DNA of 61,773 nt, filler included, from Sphacelaria rigidula (taxonomy: Eukaryota), in assembly GCA_964200075.2 (NCBI GenBank). It is 6 parts of 6 records of this genome, joined end to end, with 100 filler letters (N's around TTAATTAATTAA, not from the genome) between each part and the next. Parts side by side here need not be neighbours in the genome. Positions count along the whole stretch, not along the records: positions 1 to 10,215 come from CAXNAA020006917.1; positions 10,316 to 20,529 come from CAXNAA020006918.1; 4 more parts are not named here. One strand, written 5' to 3'. This document shows positions 1 through 11,786 of this stretch, one piece after another. The notes under the pieces are model-generated. The model did no database searches. It saw only the letters and a program-made list of their open reading frames with translations, and was not told the DNA's origin. The translations under genes were made by a program, and so were the position numbers. Each line of letters opens with the position of its first letter. Position 1 is the stretch's first letter.

Positions 1-694
1 AGATCGCCCTCAAACTCGGCAGTTCCGTAGGTATTGATGCTCAGAATGGAAAAATTGTATTCTTGACAATATATCATGTTTTCTCCACATGTACAAAGTT
101 TGGTGGAGAATCTCGAAAACCTCATACAGTTTTTCTTGCCTTGACGTCAAATTCACCCCAGAAGACGTTTCCATACTAAAACCAAGTAGTCAGGAGTCGC
201 ACGTTTCAAGCCCACGTCCTCCACAAACGCGCAAACTATCACGTTATTAAGAGTTAGATCCTGAAACTTCGCATAAATATGCTATATATCATTATGCAAC
301 TTTCTACGGACGATGTCTTTCGTACTTCTTGAGTTTTTCACCGTTTTTCGGGGGTCCGACGGGATCGAAGTGGTTTTTGGAGCCTCCATTCCGGGACCCC
401 ATAAAAACGGTACTACGATATTTGTTCCATTTTTTCGCGAACTACCTGCCTTCGCATAACTGGAGGATGGGCTCCAGATATTTTCGTCGCAAAACTCGAT
501 CGACTGATGCTTGAATTTCCATGTTCACGTCAAAGAAGGCTAAAAAACGCCGTTTTGGTACTAAAATCAAGTAGTTCGCGGTTTCACCGCGGTACGGCAA
601 AGTTCCCACATTTGAATCGTGCACTGAACGGTGGTACTGAACACGCAGCACATCTGTTCAGACGAAAATAAATCACAGCTGGAGGAAGAATCAC

Positions 695-779
695 CTCAAA
701 GAAGTCCCTGGGAGACCTGGAACGGTTCTTTAGAACCGGTGTCCAGTGCCGCTTCCGCTTGTTCGTGAACCAATTCGAA
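695..779 (-). CDS. TALE homeodomain transcription factor, exon encoding recognition helix 3
   Basis: ggcag|T TCG AAT TGG... completes ISNWFTNKRKRHWTPVLKNRSRSPRDFFE|gtgatt. The phase matches the upstream exon exactly. Confidence 0.92.
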
Positions 780-1439
780 CTGCCACACGGGGAGCAACGG
801 AAGACACGGGCGCGGGGCGATTCGGAAACAGAGTCTGAGTAATTCCCCACCAGCCAAACTCCACAGGCTACACAATATCTCGAAAGTCACACAAAACGCC
901 GAAAAAAAGTGAATTACCATGGGCTGGAAGAAACAATGTTTTCGTGAGATTGAGAGTAGAGGATACGATGAAGAGTGAAGAGCAGTCAATCAGTGAATGA
1001 CCCGGTTCAGTTTTGAAACGCCCCTTCAAGAGGCAAAATATGCTTTCTGCAGTAGCTGGTCACTGAGGCCCTTGATATCCCTGAGTAGGATTTCGACGTG
1101 TAGCTGAAAGCACACGCCAGTGATGGAGGCGAAAAAAAAGTACACACGTGGCGAAACGATGACCAAAGTTAAAGCGAATAATCACAGCCACTTTCAACCA
1201 GCGGTCTCCTCTGAATCTCACGAAAGCGTTGTTAAGAACGATCGTAGTCTAGCAGTGCGTGTAGTATTGTATATAATATACTATGGCACCAACGGATTTG
1301 AACCGGAAGCCCACCCCCGAACGGTCGGAATCATCAGGTTGGGGCATGCATCCCCCTGCCTAGTCTCTCCAAACAAACAGCAGAAGCTGCGAATCGAAAA
1401 CTAATCACCATCAGGACTACGACCATCACAGCTGCTAGC

Positions 1440-1700
1440 ACAGCACTATCCGGTCCGCGGACTCGGCAATATACGGTAGCCTAGGAAACCTGACGAACTG
1501 ATGCTGCAAGAAGGCACGCGCTCTCTTACGGATATGATCTCGCACAAACCGGGACTCAAAACGCCCCCGTTGTATTTGACCCCAGTCGGGGCTCAGTTTC
1601 CCGCAGAGCATTTCGTGCGCAAGCCCCCGTACGGCGATGTTGGCACGCCGCCCTGCAGCAAACGTTGTCGACACAAATATAAAGTCGATCGGCGTACATC
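1440..1700 (-). mobile_element. Possible decayed RTE-type LINE C-terminal fragment inside the homeobox intron
   Basis: Frameshifted RQRLLQGGV / GLAHEMLCGKL...G...RGR loosely resembles the RRL.W.G.V.R...L.G.L...RG tail of RTE ORF2. Confidence 0.3.
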
Positions 1701-2159
1701 ACACCACACTTTTCGTCCTCTGCCCTCCCTGGCGGTTACGCTCGTTAGCCAAAGCCCGAGAGAAGATAAAGTAATTGCACACACCCTGGACAGCGATTGG
1801 TGAGAAAGAGAGGAGAATTGAGAACGTCGATTCACGGGGCACTTGTGAGCGAGAATCCATGAATTCATTGCCGTGCGTGCCAGAGAGAAACGTCCTCAGA
1901 GAAATCATGCGCTATCTCACGCGCTGCTGAGGGCACCGCACAGCGGGAGCTGGACCGTTTTTAGCGCTATTTCATCATCTGAACAATTGCAACCTGAAGC
2001 ACCCTGGCACACTTTATAACTAAGTGAAAGTAGCAAACAAGATAACCAAACAAAATATCGATTTGCAATTGTCCAGGGTGTGTAAACTCCTTCCATGAGA
2101 GGGCCTACTCTCCCCCCTACCCCCTCCTGATGAAGTAGAATTCTCAAAAGGTGGCTTAC

Positions 2160-2282
2160 ATTTGTGTGAGACTGAGGTTGGTGGCCTTGGCCAGCGCGTT
2201 CTTCTCGTCCGTGTTTGGGTAGGGATACGCCTTGTGCGCGAGGAACCACTCAGTGAGGATGTTTGTCCTCCCGTCGCTGTAT
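2160..2282 (-). CDS. TALE homeodomain transcription factor, exon encoding helices 1-2
   Basis: Translates YSDGRTNILTEWFLAHKAYPYPNTDEKNALAKATNLSLTQ(I), with the TALE hallmarks WxxxH..PYP, EK..LA..T.LS..Q. Flanked by an aacag acceptor and a gtaagc donor; the intron splits the Ile codon AT|T. Confidence 0.92.
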
Positions 2283-2414
2283 CTGTTACGTACACATGTA
2301 AGGCATACGACAATCGTCAACAATACCGACGGACGAAGGTCAGTCACTACATCTGTCGGATAAAGGCCCAGAATGGAACCAAATCTCACTTGTAACGACT
2401 GAAAGGCGAAAGGT

Positions 2415-2500
2415 ATACGCACACGCATACGTACACACCTACGCATATGCACACGCACACGCACACGCATACGCATACGCATACGCATGCGCGTACGCAT
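2415..2500. repeat. Degenerate (ACGCAT/ACGCAC)n hexamer microsatellite
   Basis: Visible tandem array; it produces the spurious MRMRMRVRV ORF. Confidence 0.85.
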
Positions 2501-2593
2501 TCATGTTTGATCACGTCTGTCGACGAAGACACGTGCCGACACGCATCAATTCCGAACAGCAGACTTTTTCGAAGATATCAGCCGAATGCCATA

Positions 2594-3675
2594 CGAGCTG
2601 GGCCAGCCTAGAGGCGGATTTGAAGTTTGAAGGCCCATGCGCTGGCCAATATATAGAGTTGGAGCGTAAAAATTGGTGTAGACAACGCATAGGACATAAA
2701 AAAAAAAGATGAGTGTACCAAAAGTTTTTTCTCATGAGCTAAGGGTATTTTAATGACACCTGAAGTGAAAACTAATTATTTTCCTCGAGTCATTAAAAAA
2801 AAAACACTTTTAGTACACTCGTAATTTTTTCATGTCCTGTGCATTGTCCATACCAAATTTTACGCTCCAACTCTAGATACTGGCCGGCGCATTCGCCTAT
2901 AAAAAACCGGGTCGGTAAAAATTCGGAGCAGTATTTCGCAGGCCACTTACCGGCCCAAGTTTGGTTTTTGTGTATTGAAATTTTGTGTGGGCCCTCGCTA
3001 CGACATCATTAACGAACTCGGTGGATCAGGGTGATTTTGTTCTACTTTTTTTACTGGTTTGGGGCGTAATTGTATGGTAAGAATCATTTTTCACAAGAAC
3101 GCTCCAACCTCTAAAAGAAAAAATTGAAGGCTCATTTTTTTCTTTAATTCGGCACACCTTGGTGGTTCTCCATTCTAAGTTTCTTTTCACAATTCTCAAA
3201 ATTGAGCCAAAAAATTGAGATAAACCCTAAGAGCAATGTTCGAAGCACAACTCTCAAAAACTGAGACGCAATATCCAGATTTAGGGCATCCAGTGTCTGC
3301 TCGTAAAATATTGATTTTAGCATAAAATTTATATGCGCCATATCTCGAGATAGATTACGAATTATGTGAAGGTGAGGGTATCCGTCGTCTCCCCGTGCTC
3401 CAGGAAAGATTCACACCAAAAACCGTCGTCATCCACTGTATGTATCGTTCGGGGTTTCATATAGATTCTATGGTGGACGCTATCTCTTTACAATTCAGGA
3501 ATTCCTAGACATGGGGCTTAATCAACGAGAGAGTATTGGCCCAGAGTTTTGAGCAGATGGGCATCTTCCCCTTGATTAGAGGATTAATACGATATTCGGA
3601 TCACGGCCCAATTTGTCTGTGTCGTTGAAATATTGCTTTGAGAGCGTAAATCCGATTTTAGGCTGCCCCAGCTCG
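2594..3675. mobile_element. Non-autonomous Tc1/mariner-like element (~1.08 kb) with TA TSD
   Basis: TA|CGAGCTGGGCCAGCCTAGAGGCGGATTT ... AAATCCGATTTTAGGCTGCCCCAGCTCG|TA. Internal inverted repeat at ~2630-2735 and ~2790-2898. Related copies at ~5295-5390, 20456-20529, ~26728-26830 and ~29780-30207. Confidence 0.8.
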
Positions 3676-5090
3676 TACGAGCTGAACACAAAATACGTCC
3701 AAGTGGTTGGTGCAGAGGCCACCTCGCCATGATATCACCATACTTCACACGATCAGGCTTAAAGTTACAGCGTTAGCTCCGTGTATACTCCAAGCATATA
3801 GTAACAAGTATATGGATTTAAATGGCGCACGAGAGCGCGGTATTCTGTCCCCGCCTCCTTATCGACATTCGCCCGACTTCCACGCGAAAGAAGGGGGCAA
3901 AGAATTGTCGGTAAGGTAATGCACGAGTGATGCTACGGTAGGGGTGCGCAAATACTTTTTGAGGTTTGAACTGTCAGGAGCCTTGTATCTAATCAAAAAC
4001 ACCCCTTACGAAATATGTGAGGGTACGCCAGGATTAGTACTTCAATGTGCTAGAGATATCCCGAATAAATTTGCAAACGGGGATGCCGTGACTCATATTC
4101 TCGTGCAATCTAGAATCGTTAGGAGCCCCTGAACCAGACAAGATCTCGCCCAAAAAGTGCACCCCTACCATAGCATTGCTCGTACCGACGAACTGATTGT
4201 ATGCAGGTGTTAGAACGTCTGGATTTGATAGATGCTTACTTAGTACTGCTGCACAACTGTTGGTACCGCACATAATCACTGCCTACTACATAGCACACGC
4301 TCCGACATGGCCTTTCATGACGGGGAAGGAAATATGCCGAGCTTCACTCGAAACGAGTGGGGGCAAATAAACCTCGGCAAGGCAATATGCCGATGACCAG
4401 TAGTGTTTATGTAGGGATCGGGACGTCTTTTTCGACCGAGCAAGCTCAATTGTGGGGAATGTTATCTGTAAAATGAACGCGCCCTCCCACCTCCAGCATA
4501 CGGTACACGGGTAACCGCCGACGTCATGTGCCTCTTCAAAGCGCATGCCGTGCCCACCTCCAGCATGCGCAGACTGCCGACCATGCGGTGGATATGCATT
4601 AATGGTACTAATCTTGTGATGAGATCGCTCAGTACCATATGCTCTAGGAGAGTCTCATCGAAAACGAGGTTCAACATCGCGATGAGATTGAACCTGTCTT
4701 CACCTCACCGTGATGTTAAACCCGATTCTCGAGGAAAATCTCTTCTCTTCAACGCAGTGTCGACTTTTCATATTCAAGTCAACTACTCGTAATCCAATCG
4801 AGAACAGCACGCCAGTATCGTTCGTTGGCGCTGCATTCTGGTCCAAATGGGCAACGACCATCAACAGCCATTACGTCAACGCTGAGCCTGGGTGTGTCGA
4901 GTTCTCACACTGAACTCAAAGCGGTAAATCGTGGGTCGTTTGCACGAAAAATGGACGTCCCCATACACCTCCGATATACACGGACAACGGACTCCGCTGT
5001 GGACATGGATTACTCCAGCTGGTGTTCGTTTAGTTTGTTGTTGTGAATATTATAGCTACACGTATTACCCCATTATTGCAGCTTTGAGTA

Positions 5091-5197
5091 TTAACCCTTT
5101 GACCGCGAAGGTTGTCCATCTGGATCATGCATACTTTGTTTTCAGTGAAATTGATGCCGAATCAACAGACGACCTACTCTCGCTATCCAAGGGTTCA
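5091..5197. mobile_element. piggyBac-like ~105-bp MITE, copy 1
   Basis: TTAA|CCCTTTGACCGCG...TCCAAGGG|TTCA; homologous to 12721-12803 and 22612-22717. Confidence 0.75.
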
Positions 5198-6976
5198 ACA
5201 CTCACTCAGCCATACATTACATCCTCTAACTCATGAAAACGATGACAGATAAACCCTGTCGCAAGGTATTTTTAATTTATCACAATATGCCCTATTTAAT
5301 CTCCATGCCAAATTTGAAAGCCTAGCTCTCTAAATTGAGGTGAGAGCGGACCTGCAGCCTACAGATCCGCTTCGAAGCTGAACCAGCTCGGAACTGTCGG
5401 CCTTATTGTCCGCTTCTCGACGCCAGTCGCGGGGATCCGCAGGGAAGCGGCGGTTCCAACCGATCGTGTGTCCAATACTCTTTTCGTAATCCAATACAAC
5501 TTTTTTCGACGTAGTGCCCACCGGGAAAGTGCTCCTTTCACGAGGGCTTGGTAATATGCATTGCCCTCTTTCTCCACTTCTTGAATAATGAGCTTTGCAA
5601 TAATTGCCGACATTTTGCCGACATCATCACTCGCTTCTAGAAAAAAAGACGCGAAGGACCGGAGCGCAGCAAAAGGTCCCGAGCGGCTTGTATACACCTA
5701 TTTTTATCCGCTTTGTGTACCTCAACCATGGCCCTCGGCTATTTGCTACAGTGCTCCTCATTCCAAGGATCCGCCGCACGGACGACGTCCCACAAGACAA
5801 CGGATCTTCTCGTGCTTGACGATATATGTTGCCACGTGTAGCAATCTGCGTGTTGCCGTGCTAGCATGACAGAGCGCAAACAATAACGTCATGTGTCCGA
5901 ACCATCGACCTCGAAAGCTCTGCGAGCTGAGCCAGTCGCAAACGTGGAACCCGTGGGCACACAAAAACGTTTTTCAAGTTTCCCGAATCAGCCCGATGTA
6001 AGCCCACCGCGGTGATCTGCGGACCACCCGGGTTATGCACGACTTCGCCGTTGTTCGACTGGCGCAGTTTTTGCGCGATGACGTCCTTGTACTGCACTGA
6101 GTACCGGGTGCGTCTCATTTCTTGGCGTGCCAGTGTGTTCTGAGTTTCTTTTTTTCATAAAACGCGGCGGAATTACGTACAACAACTTCGACACGCAGTC
6201 AACAGTGCACTGAGAATGCTGCGAGATGGCATCAAGCTCGTCAACAGCTCCATCATGGAAGAGGACCTCCGAGCCGATTGTCACATATAACAACCACAGG
6301 CACGAGTATTCAACTGAGGCGGGGCTGCTACGCGTTTCCTCGATGAAATCCCCGATGGTGATAGTCTTCATCACAGGTAAAAACAAAAAAGTGCTGACGA
6401 TGATTTTCTGCAACTGGGCGTCCAGTGAAGCGGGCAAACGTTCTAGATAAGCCTTGGAGAAAAATCCAACCCACATTCAGGCGAGAAAATCCAGATTCGC
6501 GCAAGCTAGGCAACCAGGTTCCCGGGTTTTTCTTCCTTGCGTTTTTTAGCGGCAAACATGATGGTGGTCGTGTTGGAGAATTTTTGCGGGACGAAGAACC
6601 CGAGCTCCGCGCAAAGGGGATGGCCCTACTACGTAGTGTTTGAATGGTGAGACAGCCATGAGGCACCGGAGCCCATGGCTGTCTCTGGAGGCTGTGATAC
6701 CAGGAAATGAAGCAAAGCACTCGAGGCTGTCATCATCCACATGCAAGATAATCAGTAGGCTTCGGGCCGAACAATCCAAGCAGGGTGTAGGTCACGCCTC
6801 ATGCAACTCGCCGGAGAAGACATCATCCCGGCGCTTCGCGCTTGGTGATTGAGTGCGAACCTGGTCCGACGAGAACTCGGCGTGCTCCGTCCCGGCTTTG
6901 TAGGGATGCAAGATCAACGGTCCTATGACTACGGCATGCAAGATGATGAATACCCCCCGCCACCCCCACTCTCATT

Positions 6977-7590
6977 CAAACACCAGAAGGATTACAGAAA
7001 CAGGTAGACAAGGCGCTAGAATACACTGGGAGACGGAGAGTGACAGCAGACGTCAACCAATGCGCGGTACTTGTATGTAACGAAGATAAGAAAATTCCAG
7101 TAGGGTTCAAATGGAAGTCGGGAGCAGAGTAGCTGCCGACCGTAGACCAATATACATACCTTAGCGTAGAGATCTCGAAAAACGGTGCTTGGGATGCACA
7201 CATAAATAAAGTAATAGAAAAGGGTAAGGCATAGATAGGCAGGATGGACGTGATCCTCGGAGACTCGCACCTAGACACTAGGATTAAGAGATGTATCTTA
7301 ATGAACGTGATTGTACCAAAGCTGGTATATGCAGAGGACGGACGGGAGGGGAACGCGAGGTTGGTGAAGAAGTTGGAAATAGTACACATGGCAGCAGCTG
7401 AGAAAATACTTGGATGCTTGAAAACGCCGAGTAATACAGCGTTGAGAGCAGAATTGGGGATATATCCACTCAAAACAAACAGAGACAAGAGAAAAATGAG
7501 ATGGCAATATAGCTTCAAGAATATGCAGAGAACGAGATTGCCGGCTGTATGGAAGAAAGTAGCAAAAGGGCAGGCTAGAATACGGTGTGG
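6977..7590 (+). mobile_element. Non-LTR retrotransposon (LINE) reverse transcriptase, 3' fragment, decayed
   Basis: TPEGLQKQVDKALEY...LPTVDQYTYLSVEISKNGAWDAHINKVIEKGK*...CILMNVIVPKLVYA...KILGCLKTPSNTALRAELGIYPL corresponds to RT domains 6-7 and the thumb/linker region, with in-frame stops. Confidence 0.9.
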
Positions 7591-8032
7591 AAGATTGCTC
7601 GGCCATGAACCCAGCGACACTCGATCTATGAACCCAACGTCTCTCTCGTCAGCAACATTTGTAAAACAAAAGTACCGTCGATTGTCACAGACGCACACCA
7701 CCGTTCCCAGCCAAGGGCTCAGTCTTATTGGACCGCAAAAACACCCGTGATAACAGTCATTACCCAATATTCTAAATCCACATCACAAACATCTCCCAAT
7801 ACGCGCAACGTAACAGCAGCCGCGGCAACGGTATACGGAGAAAGAATACTCACCACTTATACGATACACGTGAGAAACGAATCATGTAATCGGCTCGGCA
7901 TCATGGGAAATTGATCTAATTCGTAAAAGCCGGACAATGAGGAAAGTTATGCCAATGATTCGTGAAAACCGGGCGCAAATTTGAAACCGCCAAAATTGTT
8001 GTGTGCGGCGTGCCTCATCACATGTCTCAGGC

Positions 8033-8221
8033 CGTGTCTTCGCCCATCATTTTTCGATCGAAAAAGTGCGGTGGAAAACAAAAATTCCGAATCTGATAGG
8101 TCGTGATTTCAACCATCTTCACCATAAACTACGATGGTTAAAATCACGACCTATACAGATCGGGGTTTTCCTTTTTCCACCCCACATTTTTTCCGATCGA
8201 AAAATACTGTGCTAAGACACG
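8033..8221. mobile_element. Fold-back MITE with ~85-bp imperfect arms containing TTTTCGATCGAAAA
   Basis: GTGTCTT...TTTTCGATCGAAAAAGTGCGGTGG...ATAGGTCGTGATTTCAACCATC / GATGGTTAAAATCACGACCTAT...AAGACAC. The same motif recurs at ~9775-9850 and ~54440-54485. Confidence 0.75.
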
Positions 8222-8329
8222 CATTAAGCACACTGTTTCTTCGATAGAAGGGAATGAGCGATGGAAGTGAGACGAGCCAATTCGTCCATTTATGCACGTC
8301 GGGTCTACGCAAATTTGCAAGCTGTCGAT

Positions 8330-8889
8330 CTAAAAAAGACGGGAAAAAGTGTGAAACGGTATTTGGGCGCTTGCTGCCCAAAGTACAGACAGTGCTCACT
8401 GCACTGTTTGCACTGTTTGCATGCAGTGTGGCTGAGCGTGTGCGCGCGTATCTCGTTATCAAGGATGCGAAAGAGAAGCGGACGACGTGCAGTTAAGACA
8501 GCGCAGGACTATTTGCATACTCTCTGCTTACAATGCGGCGTGACGAGAACTTGCGAACAACGAGCAGCTTTTGTAGTGCATGGACTGTCTACAAGCGTGG
8601 GCGCAAGTCGGTCGCCCACCCTACCACGCAGTTTCGTGGCCAATCCATGGACGGAGCTGCTCAAGTTTTTGCGAACAAGAAGAAATCTAATCATACCGAA
8701 CTGCCGTAGTATGCCCATCCCTGTGCTCAACTCGTGCTCTATGCTGCAGGGTTGCGGTGGTGTCTGAGAATGAACTGTGTGGGGTTTGCATGATTCTGTG
8801 AACGGTGTTATCTGGCGTGCTGATCTGCAAGGTGGGCGTCAAGTGCCCCTTCGCGCCCTCCCTCCGCATGTTTTCGATCGGAAAAGCTT
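8330..8889 (+). repeat. Dispersed repeat, homologous to the reverse complement of ~53837-54375
   Basis: Collinear matches, e.g. CTCAACTCGT..TGCTGCAGGGTTG.GGTGGT and CCGCATGTTTTCGATCG.AAAAGCT, in two unlinked contigs. Confidence 0.75.
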
Positions 8890-8890
8890 C

Positions 8891-9693
8891 GGGTTCTTCT
8901 TAACGAAGGGAAATTTTACCTTTGTCAAAATCCCCTTTTTGAACAACGACCCCTGATTGGTCGCTGCGATACCACCCCCCCCCCCCCAAAAAAAATAAAT
9001 CCCCAGAAGGTGCAACAACACTTCCTGAAATCCTTTTTTCAAAAAGGGATTTCGGGACACCTCGAAGGGGAACATATATGGACTTTGTCCGGTTGACAGG
9101 GGCACATGCAGAGGCTAACCTCGCAACCCAACACAATCAGAGCTGAACCTGAGGATCTTGGTATCGCTGCGAACCAAAAAAACACAGCTCGAGCCGCAGC
9201 TGCTCATCAGCTGTGCACGGGATGCGTGATCTTGCTCAAATCTGCTCAGAATTCATTGAGAAATGATGATTTGTGTGAGACGCGCGCGCACAGCACACGC
9301 TTACAAAACGATCAGCAACGACACGTTTTCGGTTGTTTTTGACACGCACGCGGCCGCCATTCGACCAATATTTCTATCAAAGACTGACGTGTGTAGATTA
9401 GCGAGGGCTTGCGCCGAAACTAATGCGCGTGAGTGGTGGGTATATATGCGTGTTTTTTCGGGGCTGGGGGTGTATGTTGTGTTGCCTCGTTGCGTCTTGT
9501 CTGTAGTATTAGACAGGTCTCGAACTAACATTCACTTCCAGACCCGCCGCATTTCTGAACCTGCGTGCAGATCTGGGTTCCGATCTGTACAAAACTGCCT
9601 CTCGATAGGACTCAGATGGTCGTTATGGAGCCAATCTCCTGTCCAAAGAGGATTGTGAAAAAAGGGAAAAATCCTCTTCGATAAGAAGGGTCC
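8891..9693. mobile_element. PIF/Harbinger-like MITE (~800 bp, ~55-bp imperfect TIRs)
   Basis: Left end GGGTTCTTCTTAACGAAGGG...; right end ...CTCTTCGATAAGAAGGGTCC|TTA. A second right end lies at 41253-41446 (…CCCTTCGTTAAGAAGGGCCC|TGA). Superfamily is inferred from the GGG termini and TNA flank. Confidence 0.65.
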
Positions 9694-10215
9694 TTAGCTG
9701 AGGGCCTTTTTCCTACTGTCCGCGCTCTACTAGTTGTACAAAATAGCATAAGCCAGCGAGGAACACAAATGCGGTGGACCTATCAGATCGGAAAAAAAAT
9801 ATCCGCCGCACTTTTTTCGATCGAAAAAAGAAAGAGCCGAGACACGCCCTCATCGTAACAAAAAATCGCATGTGCGGTAGAGGAGCAGCAACGACTGCAG
9901 CAGCAGCAGCAGCAGCAGCACGGCGGAGCTCACCACGGTGATAGTGATGCCAATTCAAATGAACATGATGTCAGTTCGATGATAATTTCAACAGAAAGCA
10001 AGTGCGTGCCATACCGTAGTTGGCGCACCCTACAGAGGTTGAACAGCGACGCGTGACGTCGGCGTTGTCGCACCCTTCGGCAACACAGTGACCAATGACT
10101 TCGCCGTGGGTGTCACTGGCGGTTTTCTTTATGGTGCTCGTGATGGTGGCGGCAAAGATATTTCTCGACGCCATGGAGATGACTCCGTCAGCCAGATGAC
10201 GGAGTCATCTCCATG

Positions 10216-10315
10216 NNNNNNNNNNNNNNNNNNNNNNNNNNNNNNNNNNNNNNNNNNNNTTAATTAATTAANNNNNNNNNNNNNNNNNNNNNNNNNNNNN
10301 NNNNNNNNNNNNNNN
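10216..10315. other. Artificial contig linker (N44-TTAATTAATTAA-N44)
   Basis: Exactly 100 nt. The core TTAATTAATTAA puts stop codons in all six frames. Identical linkers recur every ~10.3 kb. Confidence 0.98.
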
Positions 10316-11173
10316 AGGGGTAAACTGGCGCCAAGAATAAATGGGACGGCAACACACACACTGCACACTGCTGATATCGCTGCTGAGCGTTCCTTCCGCA
10401 ACAACACTGCAGAGAGTGTGAAGCTATGCCGAAAACACAGCAAGGGTGAAATAGGCGGCAAAGATCACGAGCAGAGTAAAAAGTACGTTGTTTGTGCCCA
10501 TGTCATCCATGGTTGAATGGTCACGACCAAAATGATAAATACGGCCAGCCGGCGGGGTAGTCAGTCTGTAGGGAAACAAGTGACCAAAGTGACCAATCGG
10601 AGCTCTCAAACTGGATACTCCACTCTCGGGCCTCGTTCCTGACTTGGAATTTTCCGTGGGAAACGTTCAAGCACACATGTTTGACTTCGACTTGGTGAGC
10701 TTTTTCGCTTTTCTGCGAACAGGGTCCCCTCCCTGTCAATTCCGCCCTTCTCCCCCCCTCTCCCTCGCCCGCTGGAAAAACCCACATGTCCTTGGAATGT
10801 CAGCCCGTGAAACTGTTCCGAGGCGACGCTCGCGGTCAAAGGATCAAGCCGACCCAGCTCGTGCTCTTAATTTTCTTGTCTCGACTAGACAGGACTTACC
10901 TCGCATGTTGCGTACGCCCACCTCAGTATTTATCTTAAGCCTTTGACCATCAATAAATCGAGCTATGTAGTGTAGGAGCGACCGTGTACCAACATCAATG
11001 AACAACGTGGTGCATGGGAAAGCGTGGACTTCATTGGACTGACTGCTTCACCAAGCATTGAACGGTTTTGTAGTGAATATTCGGAAATAGTTGTGGAAAT
11101 AAGGAGAACGTTTATTTCGCGAAAACAAATCAAACCCATTGTGAGCCATACTACAACGGACGAAAACACTGAC

Positions 11174-11281
11174 CTCGAGGTTAGCCTGGTTCAGCTCCAC
11201 AGGCTCCGTAAGCTCAGCCTCGGCCATACCCGAGTAAGGGTTCACGTAAAACTTAAGCCAGTTCTCATTTTCCACGTGCGG
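11174..11281 (-). CDS. Unidentified protein (contig 2), internal exon
   Basis: T-rich tract, then ggcag|PHVENENWLKFYVNPYSGMAEAELTEPVELNQANLE|gtcagt; 108 nt, phase 0-0. Confidence 0.72.
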
Positions 11282-11639
11282 CTGCCGAAAAAAACAAAAC
11301 AAACAGGGCATGAGGGCGAGAATAAAGTGTGAACAACAACAAAACAAGACAAGAAGAAAAAAACGAACAGCACAGCGTACAACAGCTCACTCAAGAAAAC
11401 GGGACATATAGGACAAGGAAAGGTCATCGCGCATAAACCAGGTACTTGAAGAACACTTCACTACAAGGAGGAAATTTGTTGCCCAGTAAAGAAGTCTTTC
11501 AAAGATTTATCGCATGATAGCACGGGGAAAAATACCCTTCGCCCTGCGTGTTAACCATGAACACGACACCGACTATCTACCGTGCTGCTGGAACATGTAC
11601 ATAATAAACAGCACCCGTCATATAGAATGAGCCCCCCAC

Positions 11640-11786
11640 CTCCATCTCCGTGCCATCAATGATGGAGTTGGTGCGGTACAGTGTTTGCATCCGGTTCACG
11701 CCCCGGCCTGGGGTATCCGGCCCCTGCTTGAGCATCTCCATCGAGTCCACCCGATTGAGGGGGACCACGGTCGCTTCCAGGTGCAA
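11640..11786 (-). CDS. Unidentified protein (contig 2), internal exon
   Basis: cgcag|LHLEATVVPLNRVDSMEMLKQGPDTPGRGVNRMQTLYRTNSIIDGTEME|gtgggg; 147 nt, phase 0-0, GC3-rich. Confidence 0.7.

Noticed and set aside
6976-7767. 263-aa minus-strand ORF
   Set aside because: It is the antisense shadow of the plus-strand LINE RT remnant.
9971-10174. Cys-rich ORF (CVAEGCDNAD) as an EsV-1-7 repeat or an upstream TALE exon
   Set aside because: Only a CxxEGC match; it lacks the C..H..GM.NV half of the repeat and has no convincing splice support.
10260-10271. TTAATTAATTAA as a biological motif repeated every ~10.3 kb
   Set aside because: It always sits between two 44-N runs, so it is an artificial six-frame-stop spacer.
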